64,000 nucleotides of DNA from an uncultured Planctomycetota bacterium (GCA_963823665.1 CAWGMQ010000004.1:1856001-1920000); one strand, 5' to 3'; counted from the first letter of the stretch, positions 1-10,953 are shown. Numbers and translations are program-made. Notes: a model not told the origin generated them from the letters alone.

Positions 1-1643
1 TTGGACACCGCCGCCCGCGCCTTGGCATATATGCCCTTCACATCGCGTTTTTCGCAAACGTCGATCGGCGTCGAGCAGTAGATCTCGACGAAGTTCCCAC
101 CCGACATCTGGCGAGCCTCGTCACGGATCGCCCGGTACGGGCTGATGACCGAGCAAAGCGTCGTGCCGCCGTGCTGCGCGACCAGACCGGCCACGTAGCC
201 AACTCGGCGAATATTCGTGTCCCGGTCTTCCTTGCTGAAGCTCAGGCCCTTGGAAAGATGCGTGCGGATTTCGTCTCCGTCGAGCAGCGAGCAATTTCGC
301 CCGAACTCCGCCAGCCGTTCGATCGTCGCGTGGGCAACCGTGCTCTTGCCCGAGCCCGAAAGTCCCGTGAACCATAGCGTGATCCCCTGGCGGAACTTGG
401 GCGGATTGGCTTCATTCAGGATTTCAGCCACCGCCGGTCGGCTAAACCACTCCGGAAGCTGAACACCCTTCGCCAGATAGTTGTCGCGGATCTGCGTCTC
501 CGAAATATCCGCCGTCTTCGTCCCCGCAGGCACTTCGTCCACGGCTGCATAGCAGTCTTTTTCAGGCAAGTACACGCTCTGCTTGATTTCGACCATCTCC
601 ACGCCAAGCTCTTTCTCATGCGCGGCCATCGACTCTTGCGCCGCGCACGGATCGTAGAACGGCTTCCCCGCCGAATCGTCACCCGGCCCGGCATGATCGT
701 GGCCGACGATGAAATGCGTGCATCCGTAATTCCGCCGGATAATCGCGTGCAACAGCACCTCCTTCGGCCCGGCCATTCGCATTGCCAGTGGCAGCAAGGA
801 GAGCAACGCACTGCCGGAATCATAATAGTTGTCCACCAGTGCTCGGTAACTCCGCACCCGGGTGAAATGACCCACGTCGCCGGGCTTGGTCATGCCCACC
901 ACCGGGTGGATCAACAGGCCCCCGCCGACCTGCCGGGCCGCTCGCTTCGTCAGCTCTTCGTGTGCCCGATGCAACGGGTTGTGCGTATGGAACGCGACGA
1001 TCTTGCTCCAGCCCAGCGTTTGAAAATGCTCCCGCAGTTCCGCCGGCGTGTGCCGCAATGATACAAAGTCGTAATGCGGCGGCACGCGGATCACCTCCAA
1101 GCGGCCCGAAGCATAATGGCCCGGCAGCCGGTTCAGATACGCAACGGACGGGTGCTTCTCATCCACCGATCCATAAGCACCCCGCGCTTCGTTGTCCTTG
1201 TCGTAGGCGTAGATCTCCTCGACGTGCAGGAACGCTAGCAAGTTGCCGTACACGTCCCGCAAGGCCAGCGCCTTCCCCTCGGCGATTCCATCTCCGGGCT
1301 TTACCGGCAACACAACCGGCAATGGCCACAGCGTCCCGTCGGCCAACCGTGATTCACCGACAACCCGCGCATAGTCCGCCTTGTTCATGAACGTCGAAAG
1401 TGGCGAAAAACCGCCGACCGCCAGCAGCTCCAGATCGCAAAGTGGCCGCTCTTCAAGCGTAATGCTGGCGAAGTCCTTCGCGGTCGCTTTCATCTCGGCC
1501 GCACGTTCTTGACCGACAACCAAGTCCACTAGCTTTCCGCCAAACGGCGAATTCAGCGCCCCGGCCCGCGATCCTGTGGTCCCAGCCGAGTTCTCCCTTG
1601 AGGTAGGTATTGCAACTCTCCTTCTTGATGCCGCAGCCGGCAT
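1..1643 (-). CDS. sat/cysC: Bifunctional sulfate adenylyltransferase / adenylylsulfate kinase (runs off the window edge)
   Basis: Hand translation of the minus strand: N-term ALNSPFGGKLVDLVVG...CDLELLAVGGFSPL...DYARVV...RLADGTLWPLPVVL (Sat); C-term QGITLWFTGLSGSGKST P-loop and FVEIYCSTPIDVCEKRDVKGIYAKAR (APS kinase). Absent from the ORF track because it has no stop in the window. Confidence 0.92.
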   Translation of the reverse strand, partial: MPAAASRRRVAIPTSRENSAGTTGSRAGALNSPFGGKLVDLVVGQERAAEMKATAKDFASITLEERPLCDLELLAVGGFSPLSTFMNKADYARVVGESRLADGTLWPLPVVLPVKPGDGIAEGKALALRDVYGNLLAFLHVEEIYAYDKDNEARGAYGSVDEKHPSVAYLNRLPGHYASGRLEVIRVPPHYDFVSLRHTPAELREHFQTLGWSKIVAFHTHNPLHRAHEELTKRAARQVGGGLLIHPVVGMTKPGDVGHFTRVRSYRALVDNYYDSGSALLSLLPLAMRMAGPKEVLLHAIIRRNYGCTHFIVGHDHAGPGDDSAGKPFYDPCAAQESMAAHEKELGVEMVEIKQSVYLPEKDCYAAVDEVPAGTKTADISETQIRDNYLAKGVQLPEWFSRPAVAEILNEANPPKFRQGITLWFTGLSGSGKSTVAHATIERLAEFGRNCSLLDGDEIRTHLSKGLSFSKEDRDTNIRRVGYVAGLVAQHGGTTLCSVISPYRAIRDEARQMSGGNFVEIYCSTPIDVCEKRDVKGIYAKARAAVS

Positions 1644-1667
1644 TGTCAGAAAAAATGAACCATAAAC

Positions 1668-1689
1668 CGTCTCATAAATCGTTGAGACG
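1668..1689. promoter_or_regulatory. Inverted repeat CGTCTCA-N8-TGAGACG upstream of sat/cysC; possible operator or hairpin
   Basis: Perfect 7-bp arms read directly, about 25 bp upstream of the proposed sat start. Confidence 0.3.
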
Positions 1690-1730
1690 CGCCTAGCCCT
1701 CGCGTGGGCCAGCTCCCACGCCAGCCTCGC

Positions 1731-2148
1731 TCAAATCACCCACTCACGCGGCGAACATCGCCCCGCAAGCTGCGCGACTGTCGTCCGCGCCAGCACCGCG
1801 CGCTCAGCCGCACGTACATCGTCCCACACCGATTCGAGAACCGAGCTGATCGAGTGCGGATCTCCCCCGGATTCGTCCCCCTGTGCACCCGCCGGATCGA
1901 TCGCCGAAAGAATCTCGGACAGCGAAATCGACTCCGGCTTGCGCCAGGCGATATCCGCCCGTCGCCCCCCGAGTGCTCACAACCAGCCCCGCTCCCTTCA
2001 ATTGAAGCAGGATCTGCACCAGATATCGCTCCGGAATGCAGTACGTCCCCGCAATATCTCGGATCCGAACCGGACCCGTTCCCGGCCCGTGCTGCGCCAG
2101 CGCCACCACGGCCAGACATGCATACTCTGACTTCGCTGTGATCTTCAT
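1731..2148 (-). CDS. Rrf2-family transcriptional regulator (CymR-like); one frameshift near 1941
   Basis: MKITAKSEYA...IPERYLVQILLQLKGAGLVVSTRGATGGYRLA, then KPESISLSEILSAID...VWDDVRAAERAVLARTTVAQLA...WVI* in another frame; lacks the IscR three-Cys motif; lies between cysH and sat. Confidence 0.85.
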
Positions 2149-2199
2149 TGAATTGAGCCGAAGCCCATTCTCGACCTCTCGAATGCTAATCGCTGTCGA

Positions 2200-2925
2200 T
2201 CAAAGTAGACTGCTGTCGAGCGAGTGCAACCCGCATTCGGTCTTCGCGTGCCCCGCCCAGCGGCCCGCACGCTCCGAGTCGCCGCCGGCTACTGCTCGTG
2301 TGCACGGCCAGCACCCGATCGACGGGTATCCCTGGTCGTGCAGCGAATTGTAAGGCACGTTGTTCGTGGCGATAAACGCCCAGACGTCTCGCCGCGACCA
2401 GTGGAGGAGTGGATTCACCTTCACCAGACCGAACTTGCGGTCCTTCCCCACCACGCTCGCAGCCCCGCGATGCGACGATTGATCGCCTCGAATCGCCGTG
2501 ATCCACGCGTCGTAGCCCACGAGCGCCCTCCGCAACGGCACGATCTTCCGGTCATAGCAACACTGGTCCGGATGCGCCAGATACACTGGCCCCCCGTGCT
2601 CTTTCTCGTACTCGCCCGTTGTCGTCTCGGGCCGCACCATCTCCACCTCGATCCCATAGCGATCGCGAATCTGGTCCCGCAGCGCCAGCGTCTCGGCAAA
2701 CTGATATCCCGTGTCCAGATTAAAGACACGCACCTTCGGGTCAATCTCTGCCAGAAGATGAATCAGCACACACCCTTCCGCACCAAACGCCGTCGCCATC
2801 GTCAGCCGAGATTGAAATCGCTCGATCGCCCACTCCAGAATCCCGCGCGGGGTCGATCCTATCAATTTTGAGTTGACGTCTGTCCACTCTTCTTCGGCCA
2901 CAGCTACGGACAACGAGGTCGCCAT
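2200..2925 (-). CDS. cysH: APS/PAPS reductase, 4Fe-4S (APS-reducing) type
   Basis: LDTGYQF, CC (DQCCYDRK), GYPSIGCWPCT, RAGRW and C-terminal KTECGLH motifs. Confidence 0.95.
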   Translation of the reverse strand: MATSLSVAVAEEEWTDVNSKLIGSTPRGILEWAIERFQSRLTMATAFGAEGCVLIHLLAEIDPKVRVFNLDTGYQFAETLALRDQIRDRYGIEVEMVRPETTTGEYEKEHGGPVYLAHPDQCCYDRKIVPLRRALVGYDAWITAIRGDQSSHRGAASVVGKDRKFGLVKVNPLLHWSRRDVWAFIATNNVPYNSLHDQGYPSIGCWPCTRAVAGGDSERAGRWAGHAKTECGLHSLDSSLL

Positions 2926-2958
2926 CTTGTCCTCCTTCCCAAATCAATCATGCGAATC

Positions 2959-3675
2959 TTACATATCCCGACGATCTAAGTCAAGATTCGCGGTCGCAAC
3001 CCAGGCAGGCAGACGCTCCTCGTGCCGGGTGATGGCCTGGTCGTGGAGCATCGTTTCGCCGATCGAGTCCTGTCCATGCAGCAGCCTGTGGCGATGAGCT
3101 TCGGGAATGGTGAAATGAAAAAGGCTGTCCACCGGCTCGGACGAGGTGTCGATTTGCGAATGAAGCTTTACCGTCTGCTCACGAAGGTCGATCGTGACTT
3201 CAACTGAGCCCGGGCTCTGGCGTGCCGCCCCGGCGATCGTCTCCCACTCGGCGTCGTCCAGCTCGATGGGGAGCAAGCCGTTCTGAAATGCGTTTGATTC
3301 GAAGATATCGGCAAACCCGGTCTTACGCCCCCGCGCGATCACCGCTCGATAGCCCGCCTGCGCCACCGCCCATACCGCGTGCTCGCGGCTCGAGCCGCAC
3401 CCGAAATTGTGACCCACCACCAGAACCGTGGCCCCTTTGACCGCACTGTCGTTCAGCGGAAATTCGCCCAGCTCCACGCCGTGTTCATTCGGCCGTTCAG
3501 CCTCGGGCGCCCCGCCCGGAGCATACCGCTTGTCGGCGAAGAGCAGGGGACCGAACCCCGTTCGCTCGATCTTCTTCAGGTAACGCGCGGGAATGATCAA
3601 GTCGGTGTTGACGTCGGTCCAGTCCAGGAGCGCCACGCGACCGCGATGAGTGATGAAAGGTTCCAAGAGAAACAA
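2959..3675 (-). CDS. leuD: 3-isopropylmalate dehydratase small subunit
   Basis: DVNTDLIIPARYLK, NFGCGSSREHAVWA, FADIFESNAFQNGLLPI; adjacent to leuC. Confidence 0.95.
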   Translation of the reverse strand: MFLLEPFITHRGRVALLDWTDVNTDLIIPARYLKKIERTGFGPLLFADKRYAPGGAPEAERPNEHGVELGEFPLNDSAVKGATVLVVGHNFGCGSSREHAVWAVAQAGYRAVIARGRKTGFADIFESNAFQNGLLPIELDDAEWETIAGAARQSPGSVEVTIDLREQTVKLHSQIDTSSEPVDSLFHFTIPEAHRHRLLHGQDSIGETMLHDQAITRHEERLPAWVATANLDLDRRDM

Positions 3676-3684
3676 CTCCGGGGC

Positions 3685-5097
3685 TTAATGCGTCTGGGAT
3701 AACAGCCTGCGCACATCCGCGAATCGCCCGATCACCGCCGCCGCCGCTGCCATGGCTGGGCTGACCAGGTGGGTCCGCCCCCCCGGCCCTTGCCGGCCCT
3801 CAAAGTTGCGGTTGCTGGTGCTGGCAGATCGCTGGCCCGGCTGGAGCTTGTCGGGGTTCATCGCCAGGCACATGCTGCACCCCGCTTTGCGCCACTCGGC
3901 GCCCGCCTCCAGAAAAATCCGGTCGAGCCCCTCCGCCTCGGCTTGATGACGAACCGCCTCGCTGCCGGGCACGACCAGGGCCCGCACGCTCGCTGCCACC
4001 TTCCGGCCGCGCAGCACGCGCGCCGCGGTGCGCAGGTCCTCGATCCGCCCGTTGGTGCATGAGCCAATGAACACCACGTCAACCGGAATCTCCGTGACCG
4101 GCGTTCCCGGAACGAGCCCCATGTATTCGAGTGCGCGCCTCGCGTCCTCGGCTGACGCAAACGGTACGTCTTCCGGCTCCGGCACCAATCCGGTCACGTC
4201 CACCGTCATGCCGGGGTTCGTTCCCCACGTCACCTGGGGCACAAGCGCCGATGCGTCGATTGAGACCCGGCGGGCAAACGCTTCCTCCGTGTCCGTGCGC
4301 AGAGTCTTCCAGTCGGCGATCGCGGCTTCAAGAACAGCCCCGCGAGGGGCGAACGGGCGCTCGCCCTCCGTGATGTAATTGATCGTCACGTCGTCCGGCG
4401 CGATCAGTCCGGCACGCGCCCCCGCCTCGATCGACATGTTGCAGATTGTCATCCGCCCTTCCATCGACAGAGCCTCGATCGCCCTCCCGTAATATTCGAT
4501 CGCATGCCCCGTCGCGCCGCCGGTGCCAATCTTGCGGATGATCGCCAGAATGATGTCCTTCGGCTCGAGCCCGGGTCCGAGGCACCCGGTCACCTCGATT
4601 CCAAAGGATGCCGGCCGAAGTCCCTGCCAGAGCGTCTGCGTCGCCAGAACATGCTCCACCTCACTGGTGCCGATTCCAAACGCCAGCGCGCCGAAGGCCC
4701 CATGTGTGCTCGTGTGGCTGTCGCCGCAAACAACGGTCATTCCTGGAAGCGTCAGCCCCAGCTCCGGCCCGATCACGTGCACGATCCCCTGCCGCCCGCT
4801 CGCGATGTCATAAAGCGCGATCCCGAACTCCGGGCAGTTGGCCCGCATCGCCTCCACCTGCCGCCGCGACAGCGGGTCGGCAATCGCAATCTGCTCGTCT
4901 GTCGGAACGTTGTGATCGACCGTTGCGAATGTTAAGTCCGGCCTGCGCACCCGCCGCCCCGCTAGCCTCAATCCCTCGAACGCCTGCGGACTCGTCACCT
5001 CGTGCAACAGATGCCGGTCGATATACTGCAGCGTCGCCTCGTCCGTCTGCTCCACCACGTGCCGGTTCCATACCTTCTCAAATAACGTCTCACCCAT
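3685..5097 (-). CDS. leuC: 3-isopropylmalate dehydratase large subunit
   Basis: [63 protein letters not shown]. Confidence 0.97.
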   Translation of the reverse strand: MGETLFEKVWNRHVVEQTDEATLQYIDRHLLHEVTSPQAFEGLRLAGRRVRRPDLTFATVDHNVPTDEQIAIADPLSRRQVEAMRANCPEFGIALYDIASGRQGIVHVIGPELGLTLPGMTVVCGDSHTSTHGAFGALAFGIGTSEVEHVLATQTLWQGLRPASFGIEVTGCLGPGLEPKDIILAIIRKIGTGGATGHAIEYYGRAIEALSMEGRMTICNMSIEAGARAGLIAPDDVTINYITEGERPFAPRGAVLEAAIADWKTLRTDTEEAFARRVSIDASALVPQVTWGTNPGMTVDVTGLVPEPEDVPFASAEDARRALEYMGLVPGTPVTEIPVDVVFIGSCTNGRIEDLRTAARVLRGRKVAASVRALVVPGSEAVRHQAEAEGLDRIFLEAGAEWRKAGCSMCLAMNPDKLQPGQRSASTSNRNFEGRQGPGGRTHLVSPAMAAAAAVIGRFADVRRLLSQTH

Positions 5098-5156
5098 CGT
5101 TCAAAAACCTTCGCCGTGAATTAAAACTTGAGGACTCAAACGCGACGCTTCAGTTG

Positions 5157-5266
5157 AATTCATGCTCCCTCTCCCCCCGGGAGAGGGCCGGGGTGAGGGG
5201 CCTTCGGTGCGAGATCGCAAGTTGATTCATGCCCCCTCTCCCCCCGGGAAAGGGCCGGAGTGAGGG
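5157..5266. repeat. Two tandem BoxC/REP-like hairpin repeats CCCTCTCCCCCCGGGA(G/A)AGGGCCGG(G/A)GTGAGGG
   Basis: Copies at about 5167-5199 and 5234-5266, each preceded by TTCATGC; intergenic. Confidence 0.75.
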
Positions 5267-5504
5267 TTTCCCCGCACGCCGACACTCCCCGCCCCATTCT
5301 GGTTCACAACCGTTCCACCATACCAAGATTGTCATCCTCGGCTCCCCCCACGACAAGGCTTCCCATTCATCACTACGCCGCTCCAGCCGTTCGTCGCCTC
5401 GCGCCCACCAACCAGATCGCATTCCCAGCTTAAGTTCCCTCAAGCACCCACCCTGGCACTCGTCCGACATTTGTGGTAGGATTCCCCCAAACTGACCCCA
5501 GCAA

Positions 5505-5526
5505 CGGACAACTGACAACTGACAAA
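5505..5526. repeat. Heptamer tandem repeat (CAACTGA)n
   Basis: GACAACTGACAACTGACAA immediately upstream of the ATG at 5533; same unit recurs elsewhere in the window. Confidence 0.7.
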
Positions 5527-5532
5527 AATCAA

Positions 5533-7478
5533 ATGCCAATCCTCCGCCGTGAGCTGACACTCTCCGCCCGTCGCGGCCGCGTCCATGTCGACCGCGCCTG
5601 GTTCGCGGGTATCCTCCTCGTCATCGTGCTGGGTACGTTCATCTCCTGGTATTACGCCCTCAAGGGGGCATGGAGCGCCGACATGATGTCGGCGGTCGCC
5701 ACTCGGTCGTTTCTCTTTGTGGTGATCGCACACGCCATGTCGATCTTCATGCTCTCCACGATCGGGGCAGTCTCCATCGCCGGCGAGGTGGATCGAAAAA
5801 CCCTGGGATTCCTGCTCGCAACCCGCCTGGGAAACGCCGAGATCGTTCTCGGCAAGTTCGCGGCTTGTATGATTGGGTTCCTCAGCATTGTCGCCGCCGG
5901 CCTGCCGGTGATGCTTCTCTTGAACGTCTTGGGGGGCGTGCACCCGCAGTTGATCTTGCTGGCTTATGCGGGAATCCTCTCGACCGCGTTTTTCATCATC
6001 TCCTTGGCGCTCTGGGTCTCGAGCGGTGCTCCGGATGGCCGCCGCGCGACGAGCATCGCGGTGCTCGCCGTCATGGCTTGGCTTTTCGTTCCGATGCTCT
6101 TGGGAATGACCCCGCTTCTCTCGCGAATCGGCATCCGGCCGCCCGACGTCCTCGTCACGATCAACGCGTGGATTCTCTCCAGCAACCCCGTCAGCCTGCT
6201 CCCGCGGTTCATCGGCGGCGTCAACCCGCGAGCACTCTCCTCCGCAGTCTCCTGGATGTGCGGCCTCCAGCTCGCCTCGGGCGCCGTCTTCGTCGCCGCG
6301 TCGATATTCCGGCTCCGCAGCGCTTATCGCACCAATGTGGGCGGCGACGGACACGGCGTGATGCGCCGCCTCGCACTGCCCGCATGGCGCTTCCGGCCTC
6401 GCCCACCGGTGGGCGACGACCCGATCTTCTGGAGAGAGCGCTACACCTCCCGCTCCGGATTGATCGGTCAGCTCGTGGGCTTCTGCATCACAGTGGCGAT
6501 CTATTGCACGCTCGCCTACTTCACCTTTTTCTTCGCACGCCCGGCCTTCGTTGAGCTCTGGCATCACGGCTACACCGCCGCGACCGCATCCGCCCAGAAG
6601 CCCGAGCTCAACCTCCTCGTCCGATTGTTTATGGAGCAATCCGGCCCCGGCACTCCGATCGACGCAGCCAGGACCCAGTTCAACATTTTTCTCCGCTTCG
6701 TGACCGGCGCGGTCCTGTTCATGATCGCCCTCATTTCCACCGGAATTGCCCTCGAGGTGCTCAGCGCCGAGCGCACCAGGGAGACCTGGAACAGCCTGAT
6801 CGCCACGCCTCTCTCCGGCCGTGATATCCTGCTCGGCAAGTTCCGCGCCTGCCTCTGGCGGCTGGCGGAATCCTGGTAACGGTCCTGTCGCTCTGGACAC
6901 TCGGGCTCCTCTCGGGCGCGCTTCATCCGCTGGGTTTCCTCGCTGCTGTGCTCATCTTGGCCTCCTCGACCAGCCTGTTCCTGGTCTTCGGCCTCCGGGT
7001 CGCGTTGACAACTGCCGATCGGAACGCCGCCGCCGGTCGAACCGTAATTCCGATGCTCGTGCCGATGGTCTCGGTGGCCCTTCCTTTCCTGCTGCCGGCC
7101 CGCTTCAGCTCGGTCTTGTGGGGCGTGGCATCGATCCCGCTGCTCGCCTCGCTCTCGCTCGTCACCTATGGCGAGCTGCATCACTCGCTCCAGCACCCGC
7201 ACGGCCTCTACCTGGCTGCGGAGTGGATCGGCCTTCGCAGCGGTGATGCTCCAATCACCGCCGCGCTCACCTGCCTGATCGGGATCATCACCCCCGCACT
7301 CGCCGCCTGGTGGATCTGGAACCATTGCCTGGCAAACTTCGACCGCTGGGTCGGTCGCCCATGGTCGCCTCATCGGCTATACCAGGCAACCAATTTCTCT
7401 AGCTCGCCGCGCTCGGCCAGTGTCCGCATCGCAAAGCGAACGTGGGGCAACGCCAGCATCTGGTCACCCCCGAAATGA
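5533..7478 (+). CDS. ABC-2-type transporter permease with two permease halves; frameshift near 6865; 3' end uncertain
   Basis: MPILRREL...ARR; SIAGEVDRKTLGFLLATRLGNAEIVLGKF and SAERTRETWNSLIATPLSGRDILLGKF; PPVGDDPIFWRE linker; many TM segments; continues in the 6948-7478 frame to FDRWVGRP. Confidence 0.8.
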
Positions 7479-8632
7479 TCGTCAACAACCTGAATTGCTT
7501 GCTCCACCGCTTTGACCGGAGCCAGGCCGGTAAAAGCTCGTGAGAGCCACAAGATCATCGGCAGCGTGAGCACGAGCGATTCAAGGCCGGCCCACAGCGG
7601 CATGTTGAAGTTAGGCGGCCCGCAGAATTGCAGCGAATTCAGCTTGACCACATAGTACCGCTCCAGAGTCTCATCCACTTCTGCCGGCATCCCGCTGCTT
7701 TGTTCGACCTCGTCGAAGCTGATGGCTTCCGGCAGGAACTCGTTCACGCGCGGCACGCGGCCCCGGCCCCGGGCGAACCGCCACCCGTCGCGCACCCGGC
7801 TGAGCCCTCGCCGGATGCCCTTGGCCCGGTGTACGTCGCGTTCCCGTCGGGCAAAAATCGGCAGTAGCACGCGGAACAGCACCTTCCCGAGCATTCGGTC
7901 GGGCGGCGGCACGTCCGCTGCTTCGCGGAGCACGTCCGTATCCACCGCGGCGCGCACAACCTGCAAAAACTCACTCAGACCCTTGCCTTTCAGGCCGTCC
8001 AGCTTCGCCTTGCGGCAAACGCGAGCCACAGCCAGGCACTTGCGCAGCCTTCGTTCGACACGATCGCTCCGGTCTTGCACGATCTCCACCAGCACCTGCA
8101 CGACCCGGCATACATCCGCCCACGGAAGCTGCTGGCCGGCTTGCAGCAAAGGAGCCGGCGCACTGTCCGCCGACCGGCCTTCGTGTTTTTCCAGCAAGCG
8201 CAAAAGCGCGACCAGGTCTTTTTCCGCGCCGCCCACCGGGCGACCCGAATTCGCCGCGGCCGACGGGCAAGAGAAACGCATGCCAACCCGCCATTGATTG
8301 CCTGCTGGTATGAGCATGAACGGAAACAAACGGCATACGAACGGTTTAACCTCGGCCCCGAAACGCTCTTGAAGCCGGCAATGGTTGGCCGTCGTCAAGA
8401 AGACGCAACCCCCATCAGGCCGATGTTTCAGCGTCCACTTCTTGTTGCCCCGACCCACCAGGGGCGCAAACCACGGCTTGGGAGCAACCTCAGGATCATT
8501 TGCCAGGTCCAGCGCTTCGATGCGAGCCTTCTCTTCCTCCGTGATCACCCCCTCAAGCCGCCGGCAGCAATCGCCGCAGCTATGGCAGTCCCAGTTTTGC
8601 ATCACAGGCAGATTCTTCAACGGAAACGACAT
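7370..8632 (-). CDS. YkgJ-family Cys-cluster (Zn/Fe-chelating, FliB-like) protein with long C-terminal region
   Basis: WDCHSCGDCCR, DGGCVFL, HCRLQ, KPFVCRLFPF, FSCP. Confidence 0.8.
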   Translation of the reverse strand: MSFPLKNLPVMQNWDCHSCGDCCRRLEGVITEEEKARIEALDLANDPEVAPKPWFAPLVGRGNKKWTLKHRPDGGCVFLTTANHCRLQERFGAEVKPFVCRLFPFMLIPAGNQWRVGMRFSCPSAAANSGRPVGGAEKDLVALLRLLEKHEGRSADSAPAPLLQAGQQLPWADVCRVVQVLVEIVQDRSDRVERRLRKCLAVARVCRKAKLDGLKGKGLSEFLQVVRAAVDTDVLREAADVPPPDRMLGKVLFRVLLPIFARRERDVHRAKGIRRGLSRVRDGWRFARGRGRVPRVNEFLPEAISFDEVEQSSGMPAEVDETLERYYVVKLNSLQFCGPPNFNMPLWAGLESLVLTLPMILWLSRAFTGLAPVKAVEQAIQVVDDHFGGDQMLALPHVRFAMRTLAERGELEKLVAWYSR

Positions 8633-8835
8633 GGATACAGTCCGCCTCTGAGCCCGCCAAACCCCGGTCACGCCACACCTTGCCTTGATGACGACATGCC
8701 CAGAACCTGGAACCCCGTCGTCGCACGACACGACCACTCACCCATCATAATATTCGCCGACTTCTTGTGCCCCACCATCGTTGCCCCGAGACTTGATCAT
8801 CTCACAAAAAACGCACGCCCAAGCGGGCAAAGAAA

Positions 8836-10953
8836 TTAACCGCTGTTTTCGCGTGGCACATTTACACAAAATGTCGAGCTCGGCCATTTCGCGGCCAAAG
8901 ATGCCGAGCTCGGCATTCCCGAACGCAGCGCCGCGCCCGAACTCGCCGACGAGCAATCCACATCTCGTCCCTCCGCACTTGGTGGCCCGAGGCCATCCGA
9001 AGCATCGCCATCGTCCCCCTGACCGAAGGCCTCCTCTCCCATCGTTCGGCGCGGGTCTCGGGCACCCGAAAGGTCACCGGCGTCCCCGTGCTCTACAGTT
9101 CGGCGCGGGTCTCGGGCACCCGATGGGTCGCCGCCGTCTCCCCGACCGCAGGTCTCCACTCCCCCACCACCCTCTCGTTCGCAACCACTCGCACCATCCC
9201 CACCAATCTCGTTTTGTATTTTCGTCGCTGGCCCTTTCTCCACAAGGCTTAAGGGAACAAGACCGCACGCCTCACCATTCCCGGTCTCCCCACGACCGAC
9301 GGTCTCCTCTCCGCCTTCTCCGCAAGTTCGACGCGGGTCTCGGGCACCCAAAGGGTCACCGGCGTCCCCTTGCTCTACAGTTCGGCGCGGGTCTCGGGCA
9401 CCCGATGGGTCGCCGCCGTCTCCCTGACCGACGGTCTCCTCTCCGCCTCCAACTTCCAGCTCGACACTGCTCCCACCACCCCCCTCAATTTCGTTTTGTA
9501 TTTTCGTCGCTGGCTCATTCCCCATAAGGCTTAAGGGAACAGAACCGTTGGGCTCAACAACCGCAGTTCCATGCCCCGAAAATGCCTCGTCCCTCGGCTT
9601 CATCCCACCATCAGCCACCACTCCGTGCACCCCATCTGCTCTCCGATCACCCGCAGCATTCCCACGCTCCCCAGCCACCCACCGCTCATAATCCGCAATG
9701 GCCCGCCGCCTGCGATCATCCTCCTCGCGCTGCGCATCGGTATACTCGAACGGCTGCTTCCCGTGCGTCGCCTCCCAGCGGGCCAGGCCCGCGTCGAGAT
9801 CGCCATCATAGCCCTGGGCATCGTGAATGGTCCCACGCTCGTCGATCACAAACCGCAGATCGGTCATCTGCCCGCGTCGTGCTTGCTCTTTCAGTTTCTC
9901 GCGTTCCCGCCGGGCCTTCCCCCACCCTTCCGCCTCATACCGTCGCTTCCTTTCAATCATCTCAATGTTCCGCACCACCAGTCGATTGGCTTTCTCCCGA
10001 TGGCGCTGAATCTGTGCCATCGTCTTGCTCTCCTCGTCGCTCGGGATATTGCACTGAACCTCCTCGAGGAAGGCGGCGACTTCTCCCCGCTCGGCTTGCA
10101 GCCTCAGCAGCCGGTCAATCGATTTGTCGACGATCTCCAGCAGCGCCTTCCGCCCGGCCGCGGTATCCGCCGGAGTGATTGCCTCCCACTCGTCTCGCCC
10201 GAGGTCGCCCTCATGCATCTCAACCTGATCATAGTGGATCTCGCACCGAAGCTCGTGAAAAGCCGTCGCAAAATTCGGACAAATGGCGTGGCTCGCGAGG
10301 AACACCATGGCCACCTCGGGATCACAAATGGCATCAAGCGGCTGCTTGCCCAGCAGGCGAATGGCCGTGAATTTCTGACACGAAAGCCAGCCCGATCCGT
10401 CCTCGCTCTCGTTCTCGATCGGCTTCCGCAGCTCGAACCACCGGTCCAGCAGCCAGCCGCAGCCCTCGGGGGTCGATTCAAGCTCGCGCACGATCACCAC
10501 CGGCTGATCAGGGTCAACAGGTTCCCCCGAATCCGAGGTCCGCGGCTGCTTGTTCTCATAGTCTCGCGACGGAAAAAGCTGCCAGGGCCCGCGGCGGTCA
10601 AACAACAAGCGACGCCCGAGCCCCGCGACATCCTTCCCCGCGCGAACCTTTTCGGCCTCCGTTCGCATCACAATATCGCGTGTCACCCTGTGGGCCTCGA
10701 TTCGATTGGCCCGCTTGAACTGCCAGCAAGCGATCGCCGCCATCTCCATCAGGTCTCCCTCGACCTCGTCTCTCGTCTGATACTTGGCCTTATAAGCATC
10801 AATCTTCGCCTGAAGCTCCGCCGGATCCTCGCCCGGCAAAACCGGCGTCTTGGCTGTCAGCCCATGCTTGAGCGCATTGAACCGCGACCCATTGCGAGTC
10901 GAGGCTCGCTGATCCTTCATCCCAACATTCACCGCACCCTGCTGCTCACTCAT
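8836..10953 (-). CDS. Hypothetical protein with an N-terminal RFNALKHGLTA motif and a repetitive C-terminus
   Basis: ~705-aa ORF from MSEQQ; SRFNALKHGLTAKTPVLPGEDP; LESTPEGCGWLLDRWFEL; GDxGDPSGARDPRRT x4 and PATKIQNEI x2. Confidence 0.65.
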   Translation of the reverse strand: MSEQQGAVNVGMKDQRASTRNGSRFNALKHGLTAKTPVLPGEDPAELQAKIDAYKAKYQTRDEVEGDLMEMAAIACWQFKRANRIEAHRVTRDIVMRTEAEKVRAGKDVAGLGRRLLFDRRGPWQLFPSRDYENKQPRTSDSGEPVDPDQPVVIVRELESTPEGCGWLLDRWFELRKPIENESEDGSGWLSCQKFTAIRLLGKQPLDAICDPEVAMVFLASHAICPNFATAFHELRCEIHYDQVEMHEGDLGRDEWEAITPADTAAGRKALLEIVDKSIDRLLRLQAERGEVAAFLEEVQCNIPSDEESKTMAQIQRHREKANRLVVRNIEMIERKRRYEAEGWGKARREREKLKEQARRGQMTDLRFVIDERGTIHDAQGYDGDLDAGLARWEATHGKQPFEYTDAQREEDDRRRRAIADYERWVAGERGNAAGDRRADGVHGVVADGGMKPRDEAFSGHGTAVVEPNGSVPLSLMGNEPATKIQNEIEGGGGSSVELEVGGGEETVGQGDGGDPSGARDPRRTVEQGDAGDPLGARDPRRTCGEGGEETVGRGETGNGEACGLVPLSLVEKGPATKIQNEIGGDGASGCEREGGGGVETCGRGDGGDPSGARDPRRTVEHGDAGDLSGARDPRRTMGEEAFGQGDDGDASDGLGPPSAEGRDVDCSSASSGAALRSGMPSSASLAAKWPSSTFCVNVPRENSG
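8995..9545. repeat. ~282-bp tandem duplication containing four TTCG(G/A)CGCGGGTCTCGGGCACCC units
   Basis: About 9044-9262 aligns by eye with about 9327-9545 (e.g. TTTTGTATTTTCGTCGCTGGC and AAGGCTTAAGGGAACA both occur twice). Confidence 0.8.

Noticed and set aside
9040..9430. Four ~22-bp repeats that could be a mini CRISPR array
   Set aside because: Irregular spacing, the intervening sequences are themselves duplicated, the repeats lie in-frame in a CDS, and there are no cas genes
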